In this document: one piece after another, positions 10,897 through 19,150 of the stretch | Numbering within the stretch: position 1 is the stretch's first letter | Layout: every line of letters starts with the position of its first letter | Assembly: GCA_947260045.1 (NCBI GenBank) | Contig: CAMYOP010000001.1 | Span: 1-29,364, forward strand | Direction: 5' to 3' | DNA: 29,364 bases | DNA from: an uncultured Desulfobulbaceae bacterium | GTDB lineage: Bacteria; Desulfobacterota; Desulfobulbia; Desulfobulbales; Desulfobulbaceae | The notes under the pieces: generated by a model | What the model saw: the letters and a program-made list of their open reading frames with translations, nothing else | Told to the model about the DNA's origin: nothing | Databases searched by the model: none | Translations under genes and position numbers: made by a program

Positions 10897-11612
10897 TGTA
10901 CCGCACCCACCCTGTTAAGATACTGTTCGGTAATTTTAACCTGATCATCAGCCGTCAAATTTTTCACAATCAACTCTTCTGCCATAGCGGCAGCTTGATC
11001 TGCCACCTCATTCTGAAGGGTTTTTCTAGCCTCAACAAGTTCGGCCTGTACGGCGGCTTCAGCCTGGCGCTTAATATCATCAGCAGCTTTCTCAGCCTCA
11101 TCAAGGATTCTCACCTTTTCCACCTGAGCCTGTGCGACTGCTTTTTCCACGACGACTTCCATTTCTTTTTCCATGCCTGCAAGACGTGACTCAAATTCTT
11201 TGTATGAGCGTTCAGCTTCATCACGCTTTGCCTGCAGGTCTTCCAACTCTTCTTTTACTCGCTGCTGCCTTCCGGCCAGACCATTTGCGATGGGTTTGGC
11301 TAAAAATTTAATAAGGAGAATGAGCAGAGCAATGAAGTTGACCGTTCGCCAGAACAGGTCCTTTAATTTTGTTGGGCTCAGAGATCCACCATGCACTTCA
11401 CCATGACCAGCAGCTGCGTCGCCATGCCCTTCAACCACAGCATGTGAATCGCTTGTGCTTTGGGGTGAGGCATGTTGGTCTACCGCTTCGCCATGTGTGG
11501 CAGCTTGAGCCGGAGCGTGACTCGCATCCGAACTCGCGAAAGCACTTGGTGCCATGCTTATGGCAAGTGCAAAAAACGCCAGGATAAAAACTCTAACTAT
11601 TTTCTTGCTCAT
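10893..11612 (-). CDS. atpF: Fo ATP synthase subunit b with a signal-peptide-like, His-rich N-terminal extension
   Basis: Transmembrane segment WRTVNFIALLILLIKF followed by a long coiled coil; lies between b' and delta; ATGA overlap with the b' stop. Confidence 0.92.
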   Translation of the reverse strand: MSKKIVRVFILAFFALAISMAPSAFASSDASHAPAQAATHGEAVDQHASPQSTSDSHAVVEGHGDAAAGHGEVHGGSLSPTKLKDLFWRTVNFIALLILLIKFLAKPIANGLAGRQQRVKEELEDLQAKRDEAERSYKEFESRLAGMEKEMEVVVEKAVAQAQVEKVRILDEAEKAADDIKRQAEAAVQAELVEARKTLQNEVADQAAAMAEELIVKNLTADDQVKITEQYLNRVGAVQ

Positions 11613-12040
11613 GCTTCCAGACTCCTTCCAAGTATCTTGCCTGCCATATCTTTGGCAAACCCTTCAGTATTAGCCTGAAGTTCTTTTCTGGCTGCGTCAA
11701 TTTGAGAGCGAATATCGCCAAGTTGCTTATCTTTTTCACCCTCTGCCTCTGCACGAATGGCTGCTATCTTTTCAGAACCGGCAACCTGCGCTTCACTTCG
11801 AGCTCCATCTAAAGCTTTTTTTGCTTTCGCTCCAGCCTCACGCATTTTCCTGTCAACTTCCTCCTGACGCTGCCGTGCATTTCTTTCAAACTGCTCGACA
11901 TCGTTATTTAAAGATCCGAGTTTGCCTTCCCGTTTCTTTAAAATCTCCTGAATAGGCTTATAGAGGATAGTGTTTAAGACGATCATCATGAGGATCATGT
12001 TGATGATGTGGATAATCAGCGTTTCATCTATTGTGATCAT
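11609..12040 (-). CDS. Fo ATP synthase subunit b' (second peripheral-stalk subunit)
   Basis: N-terminal transmembrane segment (IIHIINMILMMIVLNTILYKPI) plus coiled coil; AGGAG RBS; first gene of a b'-b-delta-alpha-gamma-beta-epsilon operon. Confidence 0.9.
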   Translation of the reverse strand: MITIDETLIIHIINMILMMIVLNTILYKPIQEILKKREGKLGSLNNDVEQFERNARQRQEEVDRKMREAGAKAKKALDGARSEAQVAGSEKIAAIRAEAEGEKDKQLGDIRSQIDAARKELQANTEGFAKDMAGKILGRSLEA

Positions 12041-12117
12041 GCTAACCGCTCCTGATTACTTAGAAAACGTTAAAAAGATGCCAAAAAAGTGAATGGCTAT
12101 TCATCGTTACGAGGAGA

Positions 12118-12146
12118 TAAGTACTGAATAATCTTAATGCTGTCAA
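12118..12146 (-). promoter_or_regulatory. Candidate sigma70 promoter of the atp operon
   Basis: Perfect TTGACA (12146-12141), then 17 bp, then a weak -10 TACTTA, about 80 nt upstream of the b' start. Confidence 0.35.
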
Positions 12147-12429
12147 ATATTTTTTCTCCAAATGACATATCACTTTTCCTGATGCATCTTATCAGCGCCG
12201 ATTTTTATCACACTTTGAACAACATTCATTTTTACATTAAAAATGTGTTTAATTACAAAACATTACAAATGAACAAGCCGCCGAATACAGGTTTCTTTTG
12301 CATGCTTATCGAGAGCTTGGACATAGCTCTAGCCAATGTTGAAAAAAGGGGATTTTCCACTGCGCCGGAAGAGTTTCCAGAGAGATGCGACCTGTAAGAG
12401 AAAGAAAAAAAATAATTTCTTATGCTTGC

Positions 12430-13437
12430 TTATAAACCATTATTTTTTTTGGTCCTCAGGCATTCGATGAGTTGGTCGAGGCCATCCGATGTAGATACTT
12501 CAGGATGATAGTTGAGAATATTTTTCGCTTTTTCAATACTAAAAAAGTGAGATTTAGCTAATTGTTCAGCGACAAACCGAGTCATTTTTGGTTCATTATT
12601 TATTTGAAAAAGGCTATAAATTATTTCTAAAAAGGATCCGACCAAAAAGGCTGCTCGAAATGAAATTTTCCTTTGAACTTGCGGAATATCTAAGGCTATA
12701 AACAGCGAGTTTATCCATGCCCACAGAGAGACAGGTTCCCCCTGGGAGATAAAAAAAGCTTCACCAGCTGCTGAGCCAGTGCTCTCCAGATTACGGGCAG
12801 CAAGTATATGGGCACTAACCACATTATCAATATAAGAAATATCAACCAGATTTTTACCATCACCTACAATGCGCAAACTCCTCTCACGGCCCCGTGCGAG
12901 TAACCTGGGAATGAGATTTGTATCACCCGGCCCCCAGACCAGATGAGGCCGAAGCGCTGTTGTTTTAAGTGCATCTGAATTGGCTTCAAGGACCAATTTT
13001 TCAGCCATTATTTTCGTTTTCGCATAATGACAGAGCACTTTATCTGCATACGGTAATGTTTCATCCGAGCCAGAAATATCACCTCTATTAAAAACAACGC
13101 TTGGTGTACTGGTATAGACCAGTGACCTGATGCCATTTTTCTTGCATGCACTTACAACATTTTTAGTTCCAATATAATTAACGCGATAATAGGAGTTATA
13201 ACTTCCCCAAACACCTGCTTTAGCCGCAACGTGAAAAACCAGGTCATGTCCGGCAAAAGCATCAAGTAAAAACTCTCTATCACAAAGGTCGCCAACAAGA
13301 GAATTTGCTCCAATTTCAATTGCTGCCGGATATTTATTTCTGCCAACAACGGTGGTCTTAATCCCTTGACGAATAAGCTCTTTTGTAAGAGCGAGACCGA
13401 TAAAACCTCCTCCTCCCGTCACAAGTGCCTTTTTCAT
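12430..13437 (-). CDS. oleD: OleD-like 2-alkyl-3-oxoalkanoate reductase (extended SDR, 3-beta-HSD/epimerase family), 335 aa
   Basis: Rossmann motif ALVTGGGGFIG, FHVAAKAGVWG, YTSTPSVV, catalytic YAKTK, LRPHLVWGPGD. Start moved to ATG 13437 behind a GGAGAGG RBS. Directly follows oleABC. Confidence 0.85.
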   Translation of the reverse strand: MKKALVTGGGGFIGLALTKELIRQGIKTTVVGRNKYPAAIEIGANSLVGDLCDREFLLDAFAGHDLVFHVAAKAGVWGSYNSYYRVNYIGTKNVVSACKKNGIRSLVYTSTPSVVFNRGDISGSDETLPYADKVLCHYAKTKIMAEKLVLEANSDALKTTALRPHLVWGPGDTNLIPRLLARGRERSLRIVGDGKNLVDISYIDNVVSAHILAARNLESTGSAAGEAFFISQGEPVSLWAWINSLFIALDIPQVQRKISFRAAFLVGSFLEIIYSLFQINNEPKMTRFVAEQLAKSHFFSIEKAKNILNYHPEVSTSDGLDQLIECLRTKKNNGL

Positions 13438-13474
13438 GTGCAGTAATACCTCTCCCAGAGTATCTCTTTTATCC

Positions 13475-15097
13475 TTATCCGTTGAGTTTTTCTTCCGCCC
13501 AAACAGCGATTTTTTCTCTGAATATTTTGGCGTTATGCCTGATATCAACTGGAAACGAGGGATGAATCAAAAATGTTTCAATCATACAAGTGAGTTCGCT
13601 CGACTGCGCAATACTTAGTAATTGCGCAAATAATTTCTCCTGATTTTTCACCTCTTGTTTTAACTCAACCACAAGAACTGGTTTCTTCTCGGGACCTTTG
13701 CCAACACCAACCATGGCAGAGCGAAACACATCAGGATGATTATTAAAAAGAGCCTCACAGGGGATTGTATACATCACCCCATTGTGAGTAAAAACTCGGT
13801 GTGCTTTACGCCCACAAAACCATAATTTTCCAGCATCGTCGAAATACCCCATATCACCCATCCTGTGCCAAAACTCTTTCCCTGCTGTAATTTTCGCAAG
13901 GCTTGTTTCGTCAGGATTATTATCATATGCTTTGGTTACCACAGGTCCCTTGACGACAATTTCTCCAATCTCACCAGGGCTACATTCACAAGCATCCTGC
14001 CATTTTTCAATTTCAGCTTCGACAGGTTGAATGACACGAATATCTATCCCAGGCAAGGGACTACCCACACATGTCCCTCCACCTTTACAGGTTATGGCCC
14101 AGGTGTTATTAACAATTTCAGTGCCGGAAATAGAAGAGATAGGCAAACTTTCAGTCGCGCCATAAGGTGTGAAGATCTCTCCATCGGGTGACATACACTT
14201 TTTTACCCGTTCAATAAGTTCACCTGACACAGGTGCTCCTGCCATCAAAATTTTACGCAGAGGCAAAACAATATTATGCTCCAAACAATAATTGGAGACA
14301 ACGTTCCAGATTGCAGGAGAGCCGAAAGAATAGGTTACAGCCTGATCTTGCAGAGTCCTTATAAATTTGGGAGGGTCAACCTGTGCTGGCCTGGTTGGAT
14401 CCATATCCGGTATAACAGCCTTGACACCTAAGGCTGTTGAAAACAGAGCAAAAAGAGGAAAACAAGGTTGATCAACGTCTCCTGCCCCTATGTTGTAATG
14501 ATCGCGAATAAGCTGAAGTTGGGCATGAAAAACACCATGGGTGTATTGCACACCTTTGGGAGGACCAGTGGATCCTGTTGTAAAAATTACAGCAGCAAGG
14601 TCATCAGCATTGGCAAAGCGTGGCTGAATTTTATTGAGAGAAACATCAAAGGTAGCCGCATACAGTACTTTTCCTAAAATTCCAAAGCCAAATCCAACAC
14701 AAAATCGTTTTTTCACAGTTAGAAAAGATTTGGAAAAAATCCATGAAAAAAGAAGTGCCTTGGAGATGCCTATAAGGACATCAGGTTTAACGGAACCAAT
14801 ACACCGTAGCAGATTTTTATACCCCATACCCGGATCAATTAGAATAACTGTCGCCCCAAGGTGAAAGAGAGCAAAGGTCAGGCTGACAAATTCCAGAGAG
14901 GGACGGACCATCAGCATAACCCGCATTCCAGGCCGCACTCCTCCCTGACCAAGGGTGATGGCATAACCACCACTACTATCTCGAAGTTCTCGAAACGTCA
15001 TGGTTTTATAGCCCTTACCTTTGGTTACAACAAGTGCTGCCTGCTCAGGAAAACGAGCAGAAACTTCATCTAAGGCATTAGCGATATTACAATTCAT
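13475..15097 (-). CDS. oleC: OleC-like beta-lactone synthetase (ANL adenylate-forming family)
   Basis: LIDPGMG, IFTTGSTGPPKGV, TPYGATE, WHRMGDMG, CGRKAHRV and the OleC-type C-terminus PVDIRHNAKIFREK. Confidence 0.87.
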   Translation of the reverse strand: MNCNIANALDEVSARFPEQAALVVTKGKGYKTMTFRELRDSSGGYAITLGQGGVRPGMRVMLMVRPSLEFVSLTFALFHLGATVILIDPGMGYKNLLRCIGSVKPDVLIGISKALLFSWIFSKSFLTVKKRFCVGFGFGILGKVLYAATFDVSLNKIQPRFANADDLAAVIFTTGSTGPPKGVQYTHGVFHAQLQLIRDHYNIGAGDVDQPCFPLFALFSTALGVKAVIPDMDPTRPAQVDPPKFIRTLQDQAVTYSFGSPAIWNVVSNYCLEHNIVLPLRKILMAGAPVSGELIERVKKCMSPDGEIFTPYGATESLPISSISGTEIVNNTWAITCKGGGTCVGSPLPGIDIRVIQPVEAEIEKWQDACECSPGEIGEIVVKGPVVTKAYDNNPDETSLAKITAGKEFWHRMGDMGYFDDAGKLWFCGRKAHRVFTHNGVMYTIPCEALFNNHPDVFRSAMVGVGKGPEKKPVLVVELKQEVKNQEKLFAQLLSIAQSSELTCMIETFLIHPSFPVDIRHNAKIFREKIAVWAEEKLNG

Positions 15098-15121
15098 ACT
15101 CGAACCTTAGGTCAAAGGAAA

Positions 15122-15997
15122 TCAGGTTGATATTTCTTTTTCTAAAAAAGCAGAAACAAGCTGGAGAACCTCTCCCCTTGAGTCTTCCAGGATATAATGG
15201 CCGGAATCGGGAAAATAATGGCAATGAGCGTGTGGAAAGCGCTGCTGCCACTCTTCATAAAAATGATCGTTAAAACAAAAATCCCGTCCTCCCCAGCAGA
15301 TCAGCATGGGTTTTTCCTTTAAAGCTCCAAGCTCCGTTTCAACTCGAAGCAATTCCTGCCAGGATGGATGATTCTCACTCAGTGGAATGTCCTGAACAAA
15401 GCGAAAGACAGCGACCCTGTTATGCCAATTGTCATAGGGGAAAAGAAATCCCTTTTTCACAGCTGAGGTCATTTTTTTATGAACAGCCATAGAGGTAGCA
15501 GCACCAGCAAAACCGTTAAGACCACGCACGAGAAATTCTCCCAAAAATGGCCATCGACAGATACCAATTCGAAAAGGTATACGCTGGGACCTGAACGCTG
15601 CCGTATTGAGAACCACTACACCTGCAACTTTATCAGGATTTCTGCCCGCCCATCCCATACCAATTGCCCCGCCCCAGTCATGGACCATAAGGACGCAACA
15701 TTTGATCTCAAGCCTTGTAAGCAAAGCATCCAGGTTTTTGATATGGTTTTGTAAGGTATACACATAGGATTGCGGTTTTTCAGACAGGCCGCAGCCGATA
15801 TGATCCGGGGCAATTACTCTATACCCAGCGCGCAACGATGTGATTGCATGACGATACATATAAGACCAGGTCGGATTGCCATGTACCATGACAATGGGCA
15901 AACCAGCCCCTTCATCAACATAGGACAATCGATGTCCATCAATTTCTATCTCTTTGGGTTTAAATGGATATTCTGCGAGCTGCAATGAATTGCTCAT
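15122..15997 (-). CDS. oleB: OleB-like beta-lactone decarboxylase (haloalkane-dehalogenase-like alpha/beta hydrolase)
   Basis: HGNPTWS oxyanion motif, nucleophile elbow HDWGG, catalytic His in HYILED. The ATG at 15997 overlaps the oleA stop (TAATG). Confidence 0.85.
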   Translation of the reverse strand: MSNSLQLAEYPFKPKEIEIDGHRLSYVDEGAGLPIVMVHGNPTWSYMYRHAITSLRAGYRVIAPDHIGCGLSEKPQSYVYTLQNHIKNLDALLTRLEIKCCVLMVHDWGGAIGMGWAGRNPDKVAGVVVLNTAAFRSQRIPFRIGICRWPFLGEFLVRGLNGFAGAATSMAVHKKMTSAVKKGFLFPYDNWHNRVAVFRFVQDIPLSENHPSWQELLRVETELGALKEKPMLICWGGRDFCFNDHFYEEWQQRFPHAHCHYFPDSGHYILEDSRGEVLQLVSAFLEKEIST

Positions 15998-17031
15998 TAC
16001 CATTCAACGCCAAGCATCAGGGAATTAATACCGCTACCTATGCCAAGCAGCGCTGCCCTTTGCCCCTGAACAAGCTGCCCCTGTTCTATGCCAAGAGCCA
16101 TTGTTATAGGTGCTGACACCGAACCAATATTCCCAAGGATTGGCAAGGTTTCAAAATTGCGTTCAGGATCAAGTCCCAGAGTGTTGAAAAGATGCTGTGC
16201 ATGAACACGCCCTACCTGATGGCAAAAAAATCGATCAATTGATTCTTTCTGCCAGCCAAGAGTGCTTAAAAAATCAGTCCAGCAGTCACTGGCGGTTTCA
16301 ATACCTTTTTCAAGCAGCAACTCTGAATCCGTGGACATAAGTGTACCCTGTTCCGCATTCAGTCCACCCTGACAAAGTTCATTATGATCAGTGTTAGCCC
16401 GACAAGTTCCACCGACAAGATAATGACCAGTATCATTTTGACGACGACTTTCAAGCACCAAACCAACAGCTCCAGACCCGATAGTCAATGAGGCAAAAGC
16501 CGGCTTTATATTTTTTCTTGTCAAGCTCTGGTTTGATAAGAGATGGTTCAGGGTTGACTCAACGAGGCCTTCTGCAGTTTCGCCAGCAACCAATAATCCT
16601 TTTTTTACCTGCCCAAGCTCAATCATGCTGGCAAGCAGAATCATACCGTTTAAAAAACCCAAACAGGCATTAGACAGATCAAAAAGATGACAGCTTTTGG
16701 ATAAGCCTAAGGAGCGGTGGACAAAGGCTGCAGTTGCCGGTTCCATCATATCCCGTGAGACTGAAGTAAACATGAGGCATTCTATATCGTCAGGTGCAGC
16801 ATTGGCAGCTTCAAGCGCTTTTGCTCCTGCTTTTGCAGCAACTGTACTTGGCCGTGTTCCTTTATCCCAGAACCGGCGTTCACGAATGCCGCTCATCAAT
16901 TCAAGCCTGCCCTCAGGCAGTTTCAATTTTTGGTACACTGGTGCAAGCCTCTTTTCCAAATCATCGGAAGAGACAATATGTGGCGGGAGTTCATAGCCGA
17001 ACGGATGAAGGCATACCTGAGAAAATCGCAT
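15997..17031 (-). CDS. oleA: OleA-like acyl-CoA:acyl-CoA alkyltransferase (thiolase fold, head-to-head Claisen condensation)
   Basis: Has the OleA general-base Glu motif (MEPATA) together with NACLGFLNG (Cys), HQVG (His) and GNIG (Asn); followed by oleB, oleC and oleD in canonical order. Confidence 0.88.
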   Translation of the reverse strand: MRFSQVCLHPFGYELPPHIVSSDDLEKRLAPVYQKLKLPEGRLELMSGIRERRFWDKGTRPSTVAAKAGAKALEAANAAPDDIECLMFTSVSRDMMEPATAAFVHRSLGLSKSCHLFDLSNACLGFLNGMILLASMIELGQVKKGLLVAGETAEGLVESTLNHLLSNQSLTRKNIKPAFASLTIGSGAVGLVLESRRQNDTGHYLVGGTCRANTDHNELCQGGLNAEQGTLMSTDSELLLEKGIETASDCWTDFLSTLGWQKESIDRFFCHQVGRVHAQHLFNTLGLDPERNFETLPILGNIGSVSAPITMALGIEQGQLVQGQRAALLGIGSGINSLMLGVEW

Positions 17032-17072
17032 GGAATAATTTATACTTAGAAAAAATTAATGGAATCGTTCCT

Positions 17073-17873
17073 TCAGGAAACTGCTTTACGAACGATATCT
17101 GTGTCAAAATAATTTATAGCCATACCACCATCAACAACAATGCATTGGCTGTTTATTCCTGAGGATCGTGGTGAAAGTAAAAACGCTGCGGTATTGGCAG
17201 CTTCACTGGTTTGTAATGCTTTTTTTCGTAAAATGACTTTTTCGGCAAAAAGATAACTATCAACGTATCCAGGAATACCTGCCGAAGCTGATGTTTTCAA
17301 AAGACCAGGACAAACAGCATTGAAACGCACCTGAGAAAAAGACGAAAAACTCTTGGCAAGAAAACAAAGTGACGATTCAAGAGCTGCTTTCACCGGTGCC
17401 ATATATCCATAATTTTCTGCAGCCATTTTTGTCGTTGAGATGGAGATGGTGACAACCGATGCGTCCTCTTCCAACAACTCTCTAAAATGGTTACTGATTG
17501 CCAGAAGTGAATAGCACGATATATCGATTGCCTGGAGAAAATCCTTTTTCAAGGTTTGATGGAATGGTTTCATTCCTTCTGAATAATTGGCAAAGGCAAT
17601 GGAATGAACCAAACCATGGATCTTGTCTTTTGAATGTTCAGCTATCTCATCTCGAACCCGAATAATATTTTCTTCTTCTTCAACATCACAGATGAAAACA
17701 GCAGAGCCTGGAAATAATTTTCGGGCGGTTTTTGCTCTTTCCTCAGTGCGAACAACATGAATGATTTCCGCTCCATTTTCGGCAAGAGTTCGGCCAATGG
17801 CACTAGCGACCGATTTTCTATTGGCCAGGCCAAAAATAACAATTTTTTTATTCTCAAGATTTAAAAAGCTCAC
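17073..17873 (-). CDS. fabI: Enoyl-ACP reductase, FabI-like (divergent)
   Basis: [23 protein letters not shown], catalytic Y-x2-M-x3-K ([13 protein letters not shown]), [14 protein letters not shown]; GTG start. Confidence 0.82.
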   Translation of the reverse strand: MSFLNLENKKIVIFGLANRKSVASAIGRTLAENGAEIIHVVRTEERAKTARKLFPGSAVFICDVEEEENIIRVRDEIAEHSKDKIHGLVHSIAFANYSEGMKPFHQTLKKDFLQAIDISCYSLLAISNHFRELLEEDASVVTISISTTKMAAENYGYMAPVKAALESSLCFLAKSFSSFSQVRFNAVCPGLLKTSASAGIPGYVDSYLFAEKVILRKKALQTSEAANTAAFLLSPRSSGINSQCIVVDGGMAINYFDTDIVRKAVS

Positions 17874-17939
17874 ACTTCTTCCTTTTTTTCAACTCCCAAT
17901 GCTTGGCGAACATGAAATATTTCTATAATATTCAATTAA

Positions 17940-18395
17940 TCAATCTATCTTACTAAGCATACAGGCAAAGTCCACCTGGATTACCACCTTTTTAGCCAAA
18001 TGGACAGATCCCTTTAAAAACCAGGCACTTCCAAGACGTTCTTTTAACTTTGCTGTCACAAGAATCGTATCGCCTGGATGCACCTGGCGTTTGAATTTTG
18101 CATTCTGGATTCTGGTGAGCACTGGCACAGATTGGGCCATCTCATCCCTGCCAGTTTCCTGCCGAAATTTTTCAGCGATTAAAAGTGCACCTGCCTGGAA
18201 AACGGCTTCACATAAGAGCACCCCAGGCATAAGAGGGTGTCCAGGGTAATGCCCTGTAAACAGCTCAAGATTTTTGGAGATATATTTTTCTGCTTGAATG
18301 GAATCTGCTGTTAAGTCAAGGACCTTGTCAATCCAGAGAAAAGGAGAGCGATGTGGAATACGCTTTTCAACAAAAGATTCGCTCTGGAGATCCAT
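17940..18395 (-). CDS. fabZ: 3-hydroxyacyl-ACP dehydratase, FabZ-like
   Basis: IPHRSPFLWID and FTGHYPGHPLMPGVLLCEAVFQ carry the His/Glu dyad; the ATG overlaps the fabG stop (TAATG). Confidence 0.88.
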   Translation of the reverse strand: MDLQSESFVEKRIPHRSPFLWIDKVLDLTADSIQAEKYISKNLELFTGHYPGHPLMPGVLLCEAVFQAGALLIAEKFRQETGRDEMAQSVPVLTRIQNAKFKRQVHPGDTILVTAKLKERLGSAWFLKGSVHLAKKVVIQVDFACMLSKID

Positions 18396-19135
18396 TACAA
18401 ACCACCAGTTATTTCCAGCACTGAACCAGTAATATAGGCACTACGTGAACCTGCCAGAAAAAGCACTGCATCTGCTACTTCTTCCGGAGCACCAAAGCGT
18501 TTGGCTGGAACGAGCTTCTTATACTCTTTCATCTGACTTTCCGTTAAGTCTGCAATAAAATCAGTTGCAATAAAACCTGGGGAAACGCAATTAACCGTAA
18601 TCTTTCGCTTTGCTGTTTCTTTAGCCAGAGACTTCATCATTCCGACCTGACCGGCCTTTGATGCCGCATAGTTTGCTTGTCCGGCAAAGCCAAGATGCCC
18701 CATGGGAGACGTGACAAAAATGATACGCCCGTATCGCTTTTTCAACATAAGATTTACGCCAAACTTTGCCATGGTGTAACTTCCTGTCAGATTTACATCG
18801 ATAACACGGCGCCAATCCTCTTCCTTGAGCATGGCAAGAACACCATCTCTGCGTATACCCGCATTACTGACCAGAATATCTATGACATCAAACTCTTCTT
18901 CTATAAGTTGAAAGAGTGCTGAAACCTCAGAATAATTTGAAACATCACATTTATGAAGTTGCAGACGTTGGCCCGCTTCTGTACAGTCTTGCTGCAATGC
19001 TGCCGCAGCGGCAACGTTTCCTGCATAAATGCCGATTACAGTTGCCCCCTTTTCAAGAAATGCCTCAGTGACCGCTCGTCCAATACCTCTTGTTGCGCCG
19101 GTAACGACAACAACCTGACCTGTAAAATCTTCCAT
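18395..19135 (-). CDS. fabG: 3-oxoacyl-ACP reductase, FabG-like
   Basis: VTGATRGIG, NAGIRRD, catalytic YAASK, VNCVSPGFIAT; ATG 19135 preferred over TTG 19141. Confidence 0.9.
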   Translation of the reverse strand: MEDFTGQVVVVTGATRGIGRAVTEAFLEKGATVIGIYAGNVAAAAALQQDCTEAGQRLQLHKCDVSNYSEVSALFQLIEEEFDVIDILVSNAGIRRDGVLAMLKEEDWRRVIDVNLTGSYTMAKFGVNLMLKKRYGRIIFVTSPMGHLGFAGQANYAASKAGQVGMMKSLAKETAKRKITVNCVSPGFIATDFIADLTESQMKEYKKLVPAKRFGAPEEVADAVLFLAGSRSAYITGSVLEITGGL

Positions 19136-19150
19136 TAACAATTCAATCTC

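Noticed and set aside
12088-12175. Rex or CRP/FNR operator upstream of the atp operon (GTGAA...TTCAT; TGATATGTCA)
   Set aside because: Half-site spacing does not match TTGTGAA-N4-TTCACAA or TGTGA-N6-TCACA.
12357-12396. Cobalamin riboswitch (CCACTG-N4-GGAAG ... CCAG...GACCTG)
   Set aside because: The upstream GGGAA...GGTG-AA-TCC core is missing, the B12-box spacing is wrong, and there is no downstream gene on that strand.
12137-12397. 86-aa plus-strand ORF in the oleD-atp gap
   Set aside because: No RBS or motif, AT-rich promoter-like composition, and it overlaps the likely atp promoter on the other strand.
13438-13548. 37-aa N-terminal extension of OleD in the ORF track
   Set aside because: Overlaps the oleC 3' end; a good RBS precedes the ATG at 13437, which begins the Rossmann fold directly.
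12430-17031. Generic labels FabH, haloalkane dehalogenase, acyl-CoA ligase and sterol 3-beta-HSD
   Set aside because: The four families in this order, plus the OleA EPATA Glu motif and the OleC C-terminal motif, fit oleABCD much better.
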